Positions 1 to 9,247 are shown, counted from the stretch's first letter. The stretch is DNA of 64,000 nucleotides from Spirochaetia bacterium (GCA_963668315.1 OY764216.1:2464001-2528000); one strand, 5' to 3'. Made by a program: numbers and translations. The notes: a model not told the origin generated them from the letters alone.

Positions 1-168
1 GCGAAAATCCTCATAGGCAGGGATACGAAAACTATGGATCTCCTTTCCCGGCTGATGCCTCTGAAGGCGTGTCGGATTATCTCCAGGGTAATGGCGGCCA
101 ATCATGGGGGAGTTTTCAACAATGCGGGGGATCTCGCCGGTATCAGGCCCGCTTCCCATGCGTCTTGA
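1..168 (+). CDS. 3' end of a gene truncated by the window edge, probably a short-chain dehydrogenase/reductase
   Basis: Frame 1 is open from base 1 to TGA at 166-168 (AKILIGRDTKTMDLLSRLMPLK...). This resembles the IGxDxxxxDxLxRLxP tail of SDR oxidoreductases. Confidence 0.5.
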   Translation, partial: AKILIGRDTKTMDLLSRLMPLKACRIISRVMAANHGGVFNNAGDLAGIRPASHAS

Positions 169-229
169 ATAAGACAGAAAAGGCAGGATTCATATTGAAA
201 ACAGGGAAAGATTGTATTAAATTACACTC

Positions 230-496
230 ATGTACAGAGAGCAAAATGAATGGTACCTGCTGTCCCACGGTTTTCGCCCGGGCGGCGGTTATTTCATTCA
301 TTACGACAGACGAATCATAGTCTCCGACAGGGTGGTGGAGGATTTTGAACCGGTCAAGCTGAGTCTTCACGTCGAGTCTCTCGATGAGGGTCCGATCTCT
401 TTCATCCTTTCAGCCCCTCCCGCCGTCGGAATCCCCGAGGATATCATGAGGCAGCTCAACTGGGAAGGGGAGAAGGCTATCCTCATTCTCAAGTAG
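230..496 (+). CDS. hypothetical protein, 88 aa
   Basis: The ORF fills the gap and is preceded by TTGAAA(195-200)-17 bp-TAAATT(218-223). No recognisable motif. Confidence 0.55.
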   Translation: MYREQNEWYLLSHGFRPGGGYFIHYDRRIIVSDRVVEDFEPVKLSLHVESLDEGPISFILSAPPAVGIPEDIMRQLNWEGEKAILILK

Positions 497-505
497 GAAG
501 CCCGA

Positions 506-1003
506 TTATCCGTCTGTCCCTAAGGCTCCTTCCCGTTCCAGAAGGGCTTTTTTTCGTTCGATTCCCCCGGCATATCCCGTGAGACTTCCGTCGCTTCCTA
601 TGACCCTGTGGCAGGGAATGAGGAGCATCAGGGGATTCCGTCCCACCGCACCGCCCACGGCTTGAGCCGACTTGGCTTTTCCCAACTCCCGGGCAATTTC
701 TCCGTAGGTACAGGTTTCCCCGTAGGGTATGGATCGGAGCCTCTCCCACACCCGCCTCTGGAAGGGAGTGCCCTCCGGGACAAGGGGGAGATCCACCGGA
801 CGGTTCGAACCGGCAAAATAGTCGGCAAGCCACCTCCGCAGGGACAGGAAATATCCCGCATCGTCCCGTAGTTCCGACAGGTCCGTAAGCTTCCGGGGAA
901 TTTCAACGGTCATGTACTCTTTGAAGTATAATCCTGTGAGTCCCCGTGAATCGGCAAAGGCCGTTACAGTCCCCAGGGGGGTGGGAATATCCGTTCTGTC
1001 CAT
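506..1003 (-). CDS. ogt: methylated-DNA--protein-cysteine S-methyltransferase
   Basis: GTPFQRRVW, IPYGETCTYGEIA, active-site PCHRV, GYAGG. Confidence 0.95.
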   Translation of the reverse strand: MDRTDIPTPLGTVTAFADSRGLTGLYFKEYMTVEIPRKLTDLSELRDDAGYFLSLRRWLADYFAGSNRPVDLPLVPEGTPFQRRVWERLRSIPYGETCTYGEIARELGKAKSAQAVGGAVGRNPLMLLIPCHRVIGSDGSLTGYAGGIERKKALLEREGALGTDG

Positions 1004-1099
1004 TCTTTCATCCTCTCAGTTACATCCTATCCCATTTACCGATGAAAAGACAGGGATCTCCCCTTCAAAATATCTTCCCCATTGTATATATTTAATTAA

Positions 1100-1639
1100 A
1101 TGAAACTTAAGGTGATACTCCTGCTCCTTATTCTGCCCTATGCATTATTCTGCGCCCCCGATTCACGGAAGCAGATCTTCTCCCTGGACCTGGACTATGC
1201 ATTGACCGGTGTATTGAACAGGGGCTGGGGACTGGGCGTTTATTATGACAGGGAGATCATCCCCTCCCTGACGGCGAAAGGGGGATTCGGCCACATGACC
1301 TTTCTGGACCGCCATGGCGATTTCACCTGCACCACGGTAAGCGTGACCTTGGCTCTGAACTATTATCCCTTCGGACCCGCTTTCGAAGGGATATACGGGG
1401 GAATCACAAACGGGGCGGATTTCGTCGAATATCTTGATGATAACGAGTTCGACACCGAAGACACGGTCATCTCCTTTATTCCCCATCTGGGATGGAAGAT
1501 CAGAATAAATGATACATTCATGGTCGATCTCTATACGGGCTACAAGTTTTCTCCCTTTACCGGCATATCCCGCAGGGACAGAAATGAGTTTCTTAATATG
1601 GGAATGCAGTATAAAGCGGGATTGAAGGTTTTTCTGTGA
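1100..1639 (+). CDS. secreted protein, probable small outer-membrane beta-barrel (DUF3575-like)
   Basis: Signal peptide, amphipathic Gly/aromatic-rich strands, C-terminal YKAGLKVFL strand; overlaps the next gene by GTGA. Confidence 0.6.
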   Translation: MKLKVILLLLILPYALFCAPDSRKQIFSLDLDYALTGVLNRGWGLGVYYDREIIPSLTAKGGFGHMTFLDRHGDFTCTTVSVTLALNYYPFGPAFEGIYGGITNGADFVEYLDDNEFDTEDTVISFIPHLGWKIRINDTFMVDLYTGYKFSPFTGISRRDRNEFLNMGMQYKAGLKVFL

Positions 1640-2769
1640 CATTCAGTTTCTCCTTTCTGACTCTGATGCTTTTTCTCGGGTTCGGCCAGGCCGCGACAAT
1701 ATCGGGTATCCTTATCTTCCGGCGCAGCAGAAGGGAGAAGGGCGATAACCTTCTCAATATCCTTTTTTTCCTTACCCTGTATCTCTATCTGACCGACCTT
1801 CTCATCCCCACGGGGATCTACCGCATGGTTCCCTTTTTCCTCTTCACCGATTTTCCTGTGCTTTTTCTTGTACCGCCGATACTCTTTCTTTATGTGAAAA
1901 AAATGGTGGGCGCCCGGAGCCTCCTTAAGGGAAAGTATTTCCAGACTCTTCACTTTATTCCCTTCGCCGTTATCGCCTATTCCCATCTGCCCCATATTTT
2001 CATGTCTTCAGCCGATAAGATACGCCTCTTCCAGGATAATACGATTCCGCCGCCGCGCCTTCTGGGAATAGATATGACTCTTCTCGGGCTTATCCAGTAT
2101 CTTCTCTATTTACTGGCATGTTTTTACATGGTTTCCTCCTACCGGAGGAAGAACCGTTATGAATCGGGGCAGATCCGAAAAATCAGAAATATTCTTCTCT
2201 TCTATCTCATTATCCTTATCTGTCTGTCCGCATCCTTCTACAATCTTCTGAATTACAAGTACTATCCGCAGAGAGATTTTTCCTATCTGCGCCTTATTCT
2301 GGATTTCCCGATTTTTGTTATCTGCATCTACAATTACATCCTCCTGATGTCCGGGAGCCAGCCTGTTGAACCGGCGAGAGAACCGGGGGAGAAATACCGG
2401 AAGTCCGGCCTCAGCTCCGGGGAGAACCGGAAAATCTTTGAGACGCTCTGCCGGATTATCGAAAAGGAGAAACTCTGGTCCGACCCTGATATGGATCTCA
2501 GAGCCCTGGCGGAGAAAACGGGATATTCCTATCACCATCTCTCCCAGGTGATTAATCAGTCGGCTGGAATCAACTATCACTCTTTTATCAACCGCTACCG
2601 TATCGGAGAGGCCTGCCGTCTGCTGGAAAGTACGGAAATGACCGTTCTTGATATTGCCTTCACTTCCGGATTTAACTCAAAGCCCACCTTTAATAAAGTC
2701 TTCAAGGAAGAAAAAAACTGCACTCCCACCCAATACCGGGAAAATCGGAGAAAAAAAACATCTCAATAG
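1636..2769 (+). CDS. membrane-embedded AraC-family transcriptional regulator
   Basis: About 7 N-terminal TM segments; C-terminal HHLSQVIN...FINRYRI...IAFTSGFNSKPTFNKVFK...TPTQYR AraC HTH. Confidence 0.9.
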   Translation: MTFSFSFLTLMLFLGFGQAATISGILIFRRSRREKGDNLLNILFFLTLYLYLTDLLIPTGIYRMVPFFLFTDFPVLFLVPPILFLYVKKMVGARSLLKGKYFQTLHFIPFAVIAYSHLPHIFMSSADKIRLFQDNTIPPPRLLGIDMTLLGLIQYLLYLLACFYMVSSYRRKNRYESGQIRKIRNILLFYLIILICLSASFYNLLNYKYYPQRDFSYLRLILDFPIFVICIYNYILLMSGSQPVEPAREPGEKYRKSGLSSGENRKIFETLCRIIEKEKLWSDPDMDLRALAEKTGYSYHHLSQVINQSAGINYHSFINRYRIGEACRLLESTEMTVLDIAFTSGFNSKPTFNKVFKEEKNCTPTQYRENRRKKTSQ

Positions 2770-2770
2770 G

Positions 2771-2793
2771 GTCTCATCCTATCGGATGGAACG
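2771..2793. promoter_or_regulatory. inverted repeat CATCC-TATC-GGATG upstream of the first flavoprotein; candidate AraC operator
   Basis: The palindrome core is at 2775-2788, immediately after the araC stop. Confidence 0.35.
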
Positions 2794-2859
2794 ATATCGC
2801 TCCTTTTTTATCTTAATCTCTCCTGAAAACCAATCTCAGGTGGGAAGAAGGAGTTTTGC

Positions 2860-4674
2860 ATGGATAAAAAGAAAGAAGTAAAATCGGAGAAAGCTATATC
2901 CCGAAGGGATTTTCTCAAGGGAACCGCCGTCGGTATCGCCGGCGTTACCGTCGCCGGAGTGGTAACCGGCTGCGCTCCCAAATATACAGAGCCCTCTTCC
3001 GGCCAGGGAGCGGACGAAGTTTCCGGCGCTTCCGAAGCCGTCCATACGGGGGGCGTCAACGCCGACTGGCTGGGGAAAGCCCCGGTCATTCCCGAATCGG
3101 AAATAAAGGAGACCGTCGAGTCGGAAGTGGTCATCATAGGCGGAGGCCATGCCGGGCTTCAGGCTGCCTGGGCCCTTTCCAAAAAGAACATTAAAACCAG
3201 TGTTATCGAACCCCAGTCCCGGGAAGAGTACCACTGGATCGGCGAGCAGATAGGACACTTCAATTCCCGGTTCCTGATCGATCAGGGTTTGGGCCCCTAT
3301 GACGAAGGGGAGATTATCAACGAGTTTATGAAGTGCAGCGCCAATCGTGTGAATCCCGCTCTCATCTCCCAATATGTCAGAAACTCCGGGCGCATGTTTG
3401 ATCAGTATTACGCATTCGTACCCAAAGACAGCCCCTATCTCAATGCGTTGAATGTGCATCAGGCCTACGGCAAACCCTCCTATCCCATCGAGCGCAGCGG
3501 CTATAAGACCTGGTCCGGCTGTGCCCAGTTCCGGGGAGAGATTTTTTCCGAGCCCATGAAAGGAGTGGGAGCCAATTCCCAGCTGCCCTTCATCAACAGA
3601 ATGATGGTGGACGACTGCGAATCGCGGAGCGTTAAATTCTATAACGGACATACCGGCGTCGTGCTTGAGAAAGAGGGCGGCCGGGTTACGTCCTGTATCG
3701 CTCAGAACTCCGGCGGATATGTCCGATTCAAGGCATCGAAAGCGGTTGTCCTGACAGCGGGCGATTTTGCCGGCAACGCCGATATGTGCAACGCCCTCAT
3801 TACCGAGGTGGCCGAACAAGCCGCGCTCAGAGGGCAGGATCCGGCCAGCATAACCGGCTGGGGCAGGAAGGGTGACGGACACAAAATGGGCATCTGGGCA
3901 GGTGGGCGGATGGAAACCAGCCCCCGGGCCAGCATGACCATGGGGGGCGCCGGAGGACCCTTCGGCATGACGCCCTTTCTTGTTCTGAACAAGAAGGGAA
4001 AGCGGTTTATGAACGAGGATATCGCCATCGGCCAGCCTCCCGTAATCAACAGACAGCCTCTGGGAGCCATCTGCTGCGTTATGGATAAGAACTGGCTGAG
4101 GATCATGCGCAAAAACTCTGTCAACCACGGAAACCCCGACTTCGCCGTACCCGAGTTCATTGAACAGGCCGTAGAGGATATGGAGCATGTCGTTGCTGCC
4201 GGGAAAGATGGGTATGGCGTCAGGAATACGGCTATCACCGAGAGAATGCGGGGGACCGTCTACGGCGCCGAAAGCCTGGAGGAACTGGCCGATTACCTGG
4301 GTTACGCCGGGGAGGATAGGACGAATTTTCTCGCCAGCATCGAGCGGTATAACGAACTCTGCCGCAAAGGCCACGATGACGATTTCGGCAAGCCCGCCGA
4401 TGTCATGCAGGCCATTGAAACGGCTCCCTTCTACGGCTACCGGTCGGACAATACCAGGGCAAGCGTCGGACTGGTCACCCTTTCGGGACTTGTCACGGAT
4501 GATGACTTCAATGTTCTTGACGGGGAAGGTAAACCCATCGAAGGATTATATACCGCCGGAAACTGTCTGGGGGGCCGTTACGCCGTGGCCTATGCGACTC
4601 CTGTGGCGGGTAATTCCATCGGCATGGCCATGACCCACGGGATGCTTCTGGGGGAACAGCTGGCCGAAGCCTAG
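2860..4674 (+). CDS. Tat-exported lipoprotein FAD-dependent oxidoreductase (FAD_binding_2 / flavocytochrome c-like), substrate unknown
   Basis: SRRDFLK twin-arginine motif, VVTGC lipobox, IIGGGHAG FAD motif, GDGHKMGIWAG, RFMNE, IEGLYTAGN. Confidence 0.9.
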   Translation: MDKKKEVKSEKAISRRDFLKGTAVGIAGVTVAGVVTGCAPKYTEPSSGQGADEVSGASEAVHTGGVNADWLGKAPVIPESEIKETVESEVVIIGGGHAGLQAAWALSKKNIKTSVIEPQSREEYHWIGEQIGHFNSRFLIDQGLGPYDEGEIINEFMKCSANRVNPALISQYVRNSGRMFDQYYAFVPKDSPYLNALNVHQAYGKPSYPIERSGYKTWSGCAQFRGEIFSEPMKGVGANSQLPFINRMMVDDCESRSVKFYNGHTGVVLEKEGGRVTSCIAQNSGGYVRFKASKAVVLTAGDFAGNADMCNALITEVAEQAALRGQDPASITGWGRKGDGHKMGIWAGGRMETSPRASMTMGGAGGPFGMTPFLVLNKKGKRFMNEDIAIGQPPVINRQPLGAICCVMDKNWLRIMRKNSVNHGNPDFAVPEFIEQAVEDMEHVVAAGKDGYGVRNTAITERMRGTVYGAESLEELADYLGYAGEDRTNFLASIERYNELCRKGHDDDFGKPADVMQAIETAPFYGYRSDNTRASVGLVTLSGLVTDDDFNVLDGEGKPIEGLYTAGNCLGGRYAVAYATPVAGNSIGMAMTHGMLLGEQLAEA

Positions 4675-4697
4675 GGGCGGAGACATGGTTTCCGGAT

Positions 4698-4731
4698 ACC
4701 GTCGGAAGGAACCTATTCTTCCGGCGGTTTT
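4698..4731 (+). terminator. stem-loop between the flavoprotein gene and tatC (terminator or processing/stabilising hairpin)
   Basis: ACCGTCGGAAGGA-ACCTA-TTCTTCCGGCGGT followed by TTT. Confidence 0.5.
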
Positions 4732-4818
4732 AATCAGACAAAATAGAAAAATCTAGAAAGACGGTTTCTCTGTTTCTGTGGAGAAGAGAGACGCCGTCCT
4801 TGAGCAGGAGTTTCCTTT

Positions 4819-5568
4819 ATGGGAAAAAGCAGAGACGAGATGCCCCTCCTGGAGCATCTGAAAGAGCTCCGCCTGAGAATATTCGTTTCTCTCTTTGGTA
4901 TTATAGCAGGATCGGCGGTGTGCTTTTCCTTTTACGACAGTTTTTTCTCCTTTCTGTTTCAGCCCTTTGCGGTACTTGAAGAGACCATGGGGGAACGGCT
5001 TTTCATCAATTTCATCTACGAGGGATTTCTTATCAAATTTAAACTCTCTCTCATCGCCGGAGCGGTTGTTTCATCCCCCATCCATCTGTTCAATATACTT
5101 GCTTTTCTCTTTCCCGGACTGAAGGGAAAAGAGCGCTGGATTCTCGGGGTGTGCCTGGTGGCGGCGGTGCTTCTCTCCTTTCTGGGTTTTTTTTACGGCT
5201 ATCTCTATATCATACCGATCTCCATCAACTTCCTGACGGGCAGCGGTTTTATACCCGAAGGGGTCGGGATGATTCTGAGTTTCGATAAGAATATATTCTA
5301 TATACTGCGTTTTCTGCTGGGGGGGATTCTGGTCTTTCAGCTCCCCATTATTCTGGAAGTCCTGCTTATTATGAATCTGGTGAGCAGAAAGCAGCTTCTC
5401 AAGGTAAGCCGATTTGTCATCCTGGGGACTTTCCTGCTGGCCGCTCTTTTCACCCCCCCCGATTTCGTGTCCCAGATAGCCATTGCCGTTCCGCTTCTGG
5501 TGCTTTTTTTTCTGGCTCTGCTCATCGCATACATATTCAATTTCGGAAAGGAAGACATACATGCCTAG
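4819..5568 (+). CDS. tatC: twin-arginine translocase subunit TatC
   Basis: MPLLEHLKELR, FLFPGL, FQLP, FTPPD; 6 TM. Confidence 0.95.
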   Translation: MGKSRDEMPLLEHLKELRLRIFVSLFGIIAGSAVCFSFYDSFFSFLFQPFAVLEETMGERLFINFIYEGFLIKFKLSLIAGAVVSSPIHLFNILAFLFPGLKGKERWILGVCLVAAVLLSFLGFFYGYLYIIPISINFLTGSGFIPEGVGMILSFDKNIFYILRFLLGGILVFQLPIILEVLLIMNLVSRKQLLKVSRFVILGTFLLAALFTPPDFVSQIAIAVPLLVLFFLALLIAYIFNFGKEDIHA

Positions 5569-5794
5569 TATCGGATTGTCGGAAATACTTGTTCTGGCCG
5601 TGATCGCCCTGCTCGTTATCAAGCCGAAGGATATACCTTTCATCGCCAGAAAGGCGGGACGGCTTCTTCGTAATTTCAGGGATTATCAGAACATGATTAG
5701 GAAGGAAATGGATTCGATCGTGAACCTCGAAATCCCCGATGAGGGAGGGGAAGAGGGAAAGGGTCATAAGGAAGATAAGACCGTCGGGTCTTAA
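5561..5794 (+). CDS. tatB: twin-arginine translocase subunit TatB (TatA/B family)
   Basis: Start re-called at ATG 5561: MPSIGLSEILVLAVIALLVIKPKDIP followed by an amphipathic helix; overlaps the tatC stop. Confidence 0.8.
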   Translation: MPSIGLSEILVLAVIALLVIKPKDIPFIARKAGRLLRNFRDYQNMIRKEMDSIVNLEIPDEGGEEGKGHKEDKTVGS

Positions 5795-5835
5795 ACATAA
5801 AAATTATCGCATAAATATTTACAGGAGGGTCAAAT

Positions 5836-6054
5836 ATGATAGGGACCACGGAAATAGTCGTTATAGCCGCAACAGGCATGATTTTATTCGGAGCTTCGGC
5901 CATCCCGAAATTCGCCCGCTCCATCGGACAGGCGAAAAAGGAGCTGGAGAAGGGAATGAAGGAAGGCTATGAAAAAGAAGACGAAGACGTCACAGCCGCC
6001 GTTGAAGAGACCGCTGAGTCAAAATCGTCCAAAAAAAGAAAGGTTAAAGCATAA
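5836..6054 (+). CDS. tatA: twin-arginine translocase subunit TatA
   Basis: IGTTEIVVI...ILFG...IPKFARSIG; AGGAGG RBS. Confidence 0.9.
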   Translation: MIGTTEIVVIAATGMILFGASAIPKFARSIGQAKKELEKGMKEGYEKEDEDVTAAVEETAESKSSKKRKVKA

Positions 6055-6068
6055 CGGAGGAGATCATC

Positions 6069-8117
6069 ATGGGAGAAAAATTAACAAGAAGAAACTTCCT
6101 TAAGGGCGCCGCAGGAGCTGTGGGGGCCGTCGCCATCGGCAGTCTGGCCGGATGTAAGCCGAATTATAAAGGGCTTTACACACCGGGAACCTACAAGGCC
6201 ACCGCCAGGGGAATAGGAGAGGTCAACGTGAGCATGACTTTCTCCGAGAGCAAAATCACCGATGTGGTTCTGGATGTATCACAGGAGACGGAGAATATCG
6301 GCCAGGCTGCGGCGGAGAGTCTGAAAAAAGCCATTATGGCTGCCCAGTCCTCCGACATTGATGCCGTATCCGGGGCGACCGTTACCTCCCACGCCGTAAA
6401 GAGCGCTGTGGATAACTGCATTGCCCAGGCGCGCGGAGAAAGCGTCGTTTCCACCGTAACGGGAGCTTCCGAAGAGGTAAAGGATGACGACTGGCTGGGA
6501 CAGGAGCCCCACATCGGTAAGATCGACGGGGTAAAAGAGTGTGATGTTCTGGTCGTCGGGGCCGGACTTTCGGGTATCTGTGCCGCCCGTTCCGCCGCAG
6601 AGGAAGGAGCCAAGGTTATTCTGATTGAAAAATCAAAAAGCTTTAACTGCCGTTCAGGGGAGTATGCCCTTCTTAACGGGACCCTGAACAAGAGATGGGG
6701 CCGTGAGAATATTGTAAGTGCAGATACGGTTGTCAACAGGGAGATGCACGAATCCACCTACCGATCAAAAAGATCGATTCACAGCCGGTGGGCCGAGGAG
6801 GCTCATGAAGTCATGGATTGGTTTATCGGTGCCTATCCGGATCTGACAATCTGCGATTCCACACGTCAGAAGGTAACTCAGGAGCAGTTTGACAAGGGTA
6901 TCCTCGTTCCCCTTTCCTGGCCTCTTCCCGAAAAGTACGACTATAAGGAAGAAGAATTTCCCACCTATCCCTCATCCATGGAGTTCCGTTCCAGCCGGAG
7001 GGATCAGCAGGGGTTTATGGTGGAAGCCCAGCTTAACGACGCAGTGAAAAACGGCACTGAAGTCATCTATGAGACATTCGGGCGCAAACTTCTTAAGGAC
7101 GAAGGCGGACGCGTTACCGGTGTCATAGCCGAAAAGGACGGTAAGTTCACACAATATAATGCGAAAAAGGGGGTCGTCCTGGCCACGGGAGACAATTCGG
7201 CCGACGAGAAAATCCTCAAGCACTTCACCCCTGAGATACTGGAAAAGAATATCGGCAGAATGGCCGCCATGGGTATGCTCGGCGTCGATGCCAAGGGAGA
7301 TCCCATCAGTACCGGAGACGGTCTGAGAATGGGGGCCTGGGCGGGAGCCAAGGTTCAGGACTACCATGCTCCCATGACTCATCATATGGGCGGCGGGAAT
7401 GTCGGCCAGACCGTGGGGGTCACCCCATTTCTTCAGCTGAACAAGCACGGGGAGCGCTTTATGAACGAGTGTATCCCCGGGCAGCAGCTGGAAAATCAGA
7501 TAGAGCTTCAGCCCGAACACACATCCTTTCAGATCTATGATGCCGACTGGGGAAAGCAGATTCCTTTCATGCCCGCCAACCACGGCGGATTGTGCTACAT
7601 CATCCCCGAAGAGGAAGACGAGAGCAACCCCAACTTCGCCGACCGGCAGTACACGAAAATCTCTGCCAAAGAGAAGGAAGGCTCCTACGATTTCAAAGCC
7701 GATTCGGTCGAAGATCTTCTTAAGCAGATAGGCTACGAAGGGAAGGCCTTTGAGAAAGCCCTGGCCTCCGTCAAACGGTATAACGAACTGGCGAAAAAGG
7801 GTGTTGACGAAGATTTCGGCAAGTCGGGCAAGAGAATGTTCGCTCTGGAGAAAGGGCCTTTCTATGCCAACCGCTGGGGAACCACGGTCATGCTGGTCTG
7901 CCTGGGGGGGCTGGAATCGGATGAAAACTGCCATACCTTTACGGCGGGATCTCCCGATAACCCGGCAAGGGATATTATCCCCGGACTTTATGTTACAGGT
8001 AATGTTCAGGGAAACCGGTTTTCCGTGGAGTATCCCATCTCCCTGCGGGGGATCAGCCACTCCATGTGTGTCTTCTACGGTTATGTGGCCGGGAAAAACG
8101 TCGTCAGAGAAGCTTGA
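6069..8117 (+). CDS. Tat-exported lipoprotein FAD oxidoreductase with N-terminal FMN-binding (flavinylated) domain
   Basis: TRRNFLK, SLAGC lipobox, YTPGTY...DAVSGATVTS FMN_bind motif, VVGAGLSG, TGDGLRMGAWAG, RFMNE. Confidence 0.9.
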   Translation: MGEKLTRRNFLKGAAGAVGAVAIGSLAGCKPNYKGLYTPGTYKATARGIGEVNVSMTFSESKITDVVLDVSQETENIGQAAAESLKKAIMAAQSSDIDAVSGATVTSHAVKSAVDNCIAQARGESVVSTVTGASEEVKDDDWLGQEPHIGKIDGVKECDVLVVGAGLSGICAARSAAEEGAKVILIEKSKSFNCRSGEYALLNGTLNKRWGRENIVSADTVVNREMHESTYRSKRSIHSRWAEEAHEVMDWFIGAYPDLTICDSTRQKVTQEQFDKGILVPLSWPLPEKYDYKEEEFPTYPSSMEFRSSRRDQQGFMVEAQLNDAVKNGTEVIYETFGRKLLKDEGGRVTGVIAEKDGKFTQYNAKKGVVLATGDNSADEKILKHFTPEILEKNIGRMAAMGMLGVDAKGDPISTGDGLRMGAWAGAKVQDYHAPMTHHMGGGNVGQTVGVTPFLQLNKHGERFMNECIPGQQLENQIELQPEHTSFQIYDADWGKQIPFMPANHGGLCYIIPEEEDESNPNFADRQYTKISAKEKEGSYDFKADSVEDLLKQIGYEGKAFEKALASVKRYNELAKKGVDEDFGKSGKRMFALEKGPFYANRWGTTVMLVCLGGLESDENCHTFTAGSPDNPARDIIPGLYVTGNVQGNRFSVEYPISLRGISHSMCVFYGYVAGKNVVREA

Positions 8118-8133
8118 TAATTTCCCTATTAAC

Positions 8134-8160
8134 GGGCTGTCCCCCCTCTGGGGACGGCCC
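8134..8160 (+). terminator. GC-rich hairpin ending the Tat/flavoprotein operon
   Basis: GGGCTGTCCCC-CCTCT-GGGGACGGCCC; no U-tract. Confidence 0.45.
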
Positions 8161-8201
8161 CATCGAAGAAGAGAAAAAACCTTGAAATCTTCTTTGAAAA
8201 A

Positions 8202-8230
8202 TTGATTTTCCCCCTTTCTCTTACTACACT
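8202..8230 (+). promoter_or_regulatory. sigma70-type promoter for dctP, probably leaderless
   Basis: TTGATT-17 bp-TACACT; ATG follows 6 nt later; no Shine-Dalgarno. Confidence 0.5.
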
Positions 8231-8236
8231 TTTACT

Positions 8237-9247
8237 ATGGGGAGAAACATTACCGAAATAATCGTACTTTTTTTCTTTACCGCCTTGCTCGGAGCTCAGC
8301 CGGTTATGAGAATTTCCGTGGAGAACACTCCCAGCCATGTTCAGACCAGGGCGGTGGAACGGTTTGCTGAAAAACTGCAGGAGCGGCTGGAGGGCAGGCT
8401 CACCATAGAGTTTTATTCCGGAGCCGCCCTGTTCAGGGATCAGGATGTCTTCGGGGGAATGGCCCGGGGACGGGTGGAAATGGCGGTTCCGGGTACCTGG
8501 CAGATAGATAGGAGAATACCCGAGGCCGGGCTATTTCTGCTCCCTGAATTTTACGGCCTGGGCCCCTGGTTGAATTACCAGGTTATGGCAAGTCCCCTCG
8601 GTGATTTGATAAATAACAGAATAGAGGACGGCTTGGGTGTTAAGGTTCTCGGCGACTGGATTGATCTGGGCCCGGCCCAGCTGTTCAGCTGCGGCGACTC
8701 CTTTGAAAGCTATGACGATATAGCAAACCGGCGTATCCGGGTCGCCGGGGGAGTGGGAAACCAGCTGCGTATCTCCCTCCTGGGAGGAGAACCGATGGTC
8801 ATCGCCTTTCCCGATCTCCCTTTTTTTCTCAACCAGGGAAAGGCCGACGGCGTTTTGACCACCTATGAATCCGTACAGAGCGCCTCCCTGTGGGATTACG
8901 GCATTAACAGCGTTTTTGAGGATAACCAGTATTTCGGCCAGTATGTCCCCATGATAGCCGAAGAGTTCTGGAGCCGGCTTCCCGAAGATATCCGGATCAT
9001 TCTCATCGAGACCTGGCAGGAAGGGGTCGGAACGGCCCGGGCCGAAGCCGCGGAGGCGCAGATCCGTGCCAAAGAGCTGTTTATCCGCTCCGGGGGGCAG
9101 GTCTTTGTCCCTTCCCATGACTATCTTGCTCAGAAGAGAGCCGAACTTGTCGAAGGCAGTCCCCAAATCGCCCGGGACATCGGTATTTCCGAAGAAGTGT
9201 ATTCCATGCTGGAAAAATTCGTCGGCACAGAGGGGGACAATCCATGA
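8237..9247 (+). CDS. dctP: TRAP-type solute-binding protein (DctP family), orphan
   Basis: Signal peptide; AVERFAEKLQERLEGRLTIEFY...LF; conserved RIRV arginine; LNQGKADG; FWSRLPEDIR. Confidence 0.85.
   Translation: MGRNITEIIVLFFFTALLGAQPVMRISVENTPSHVQTRAVERFAEKLQERLEGRLTIEFYSGAALFRDQDVFGGMARGRVEMAVPGTWQIDRRIPEAGLFLLPEFYGLGPWLNYQVMASPLGDLINNRIEDGLGVKVLGDWIDLGPAQLFSCGDSFESYDDIANRRIRVAGGVGNQLRISLLGGEPMVIAFPDLPFFLNQGKADGVLTTYESVQSASLWDYGINSVFEDNQYFGQYVPMIAEEFWSRLPEDIRIILIETWQEGVGTARAEAAEAQIRAKELFIRSGGQVFVPSHDYLAQKRAELVEGSPQIARDIGISEEVYSMLEKFVGTEGDNP

Noticed and set aside
2836..4374. 512-aa minus-strand ORF
   Set aside because: Antisense shadow of the Tat flavoprotein; no motifs.
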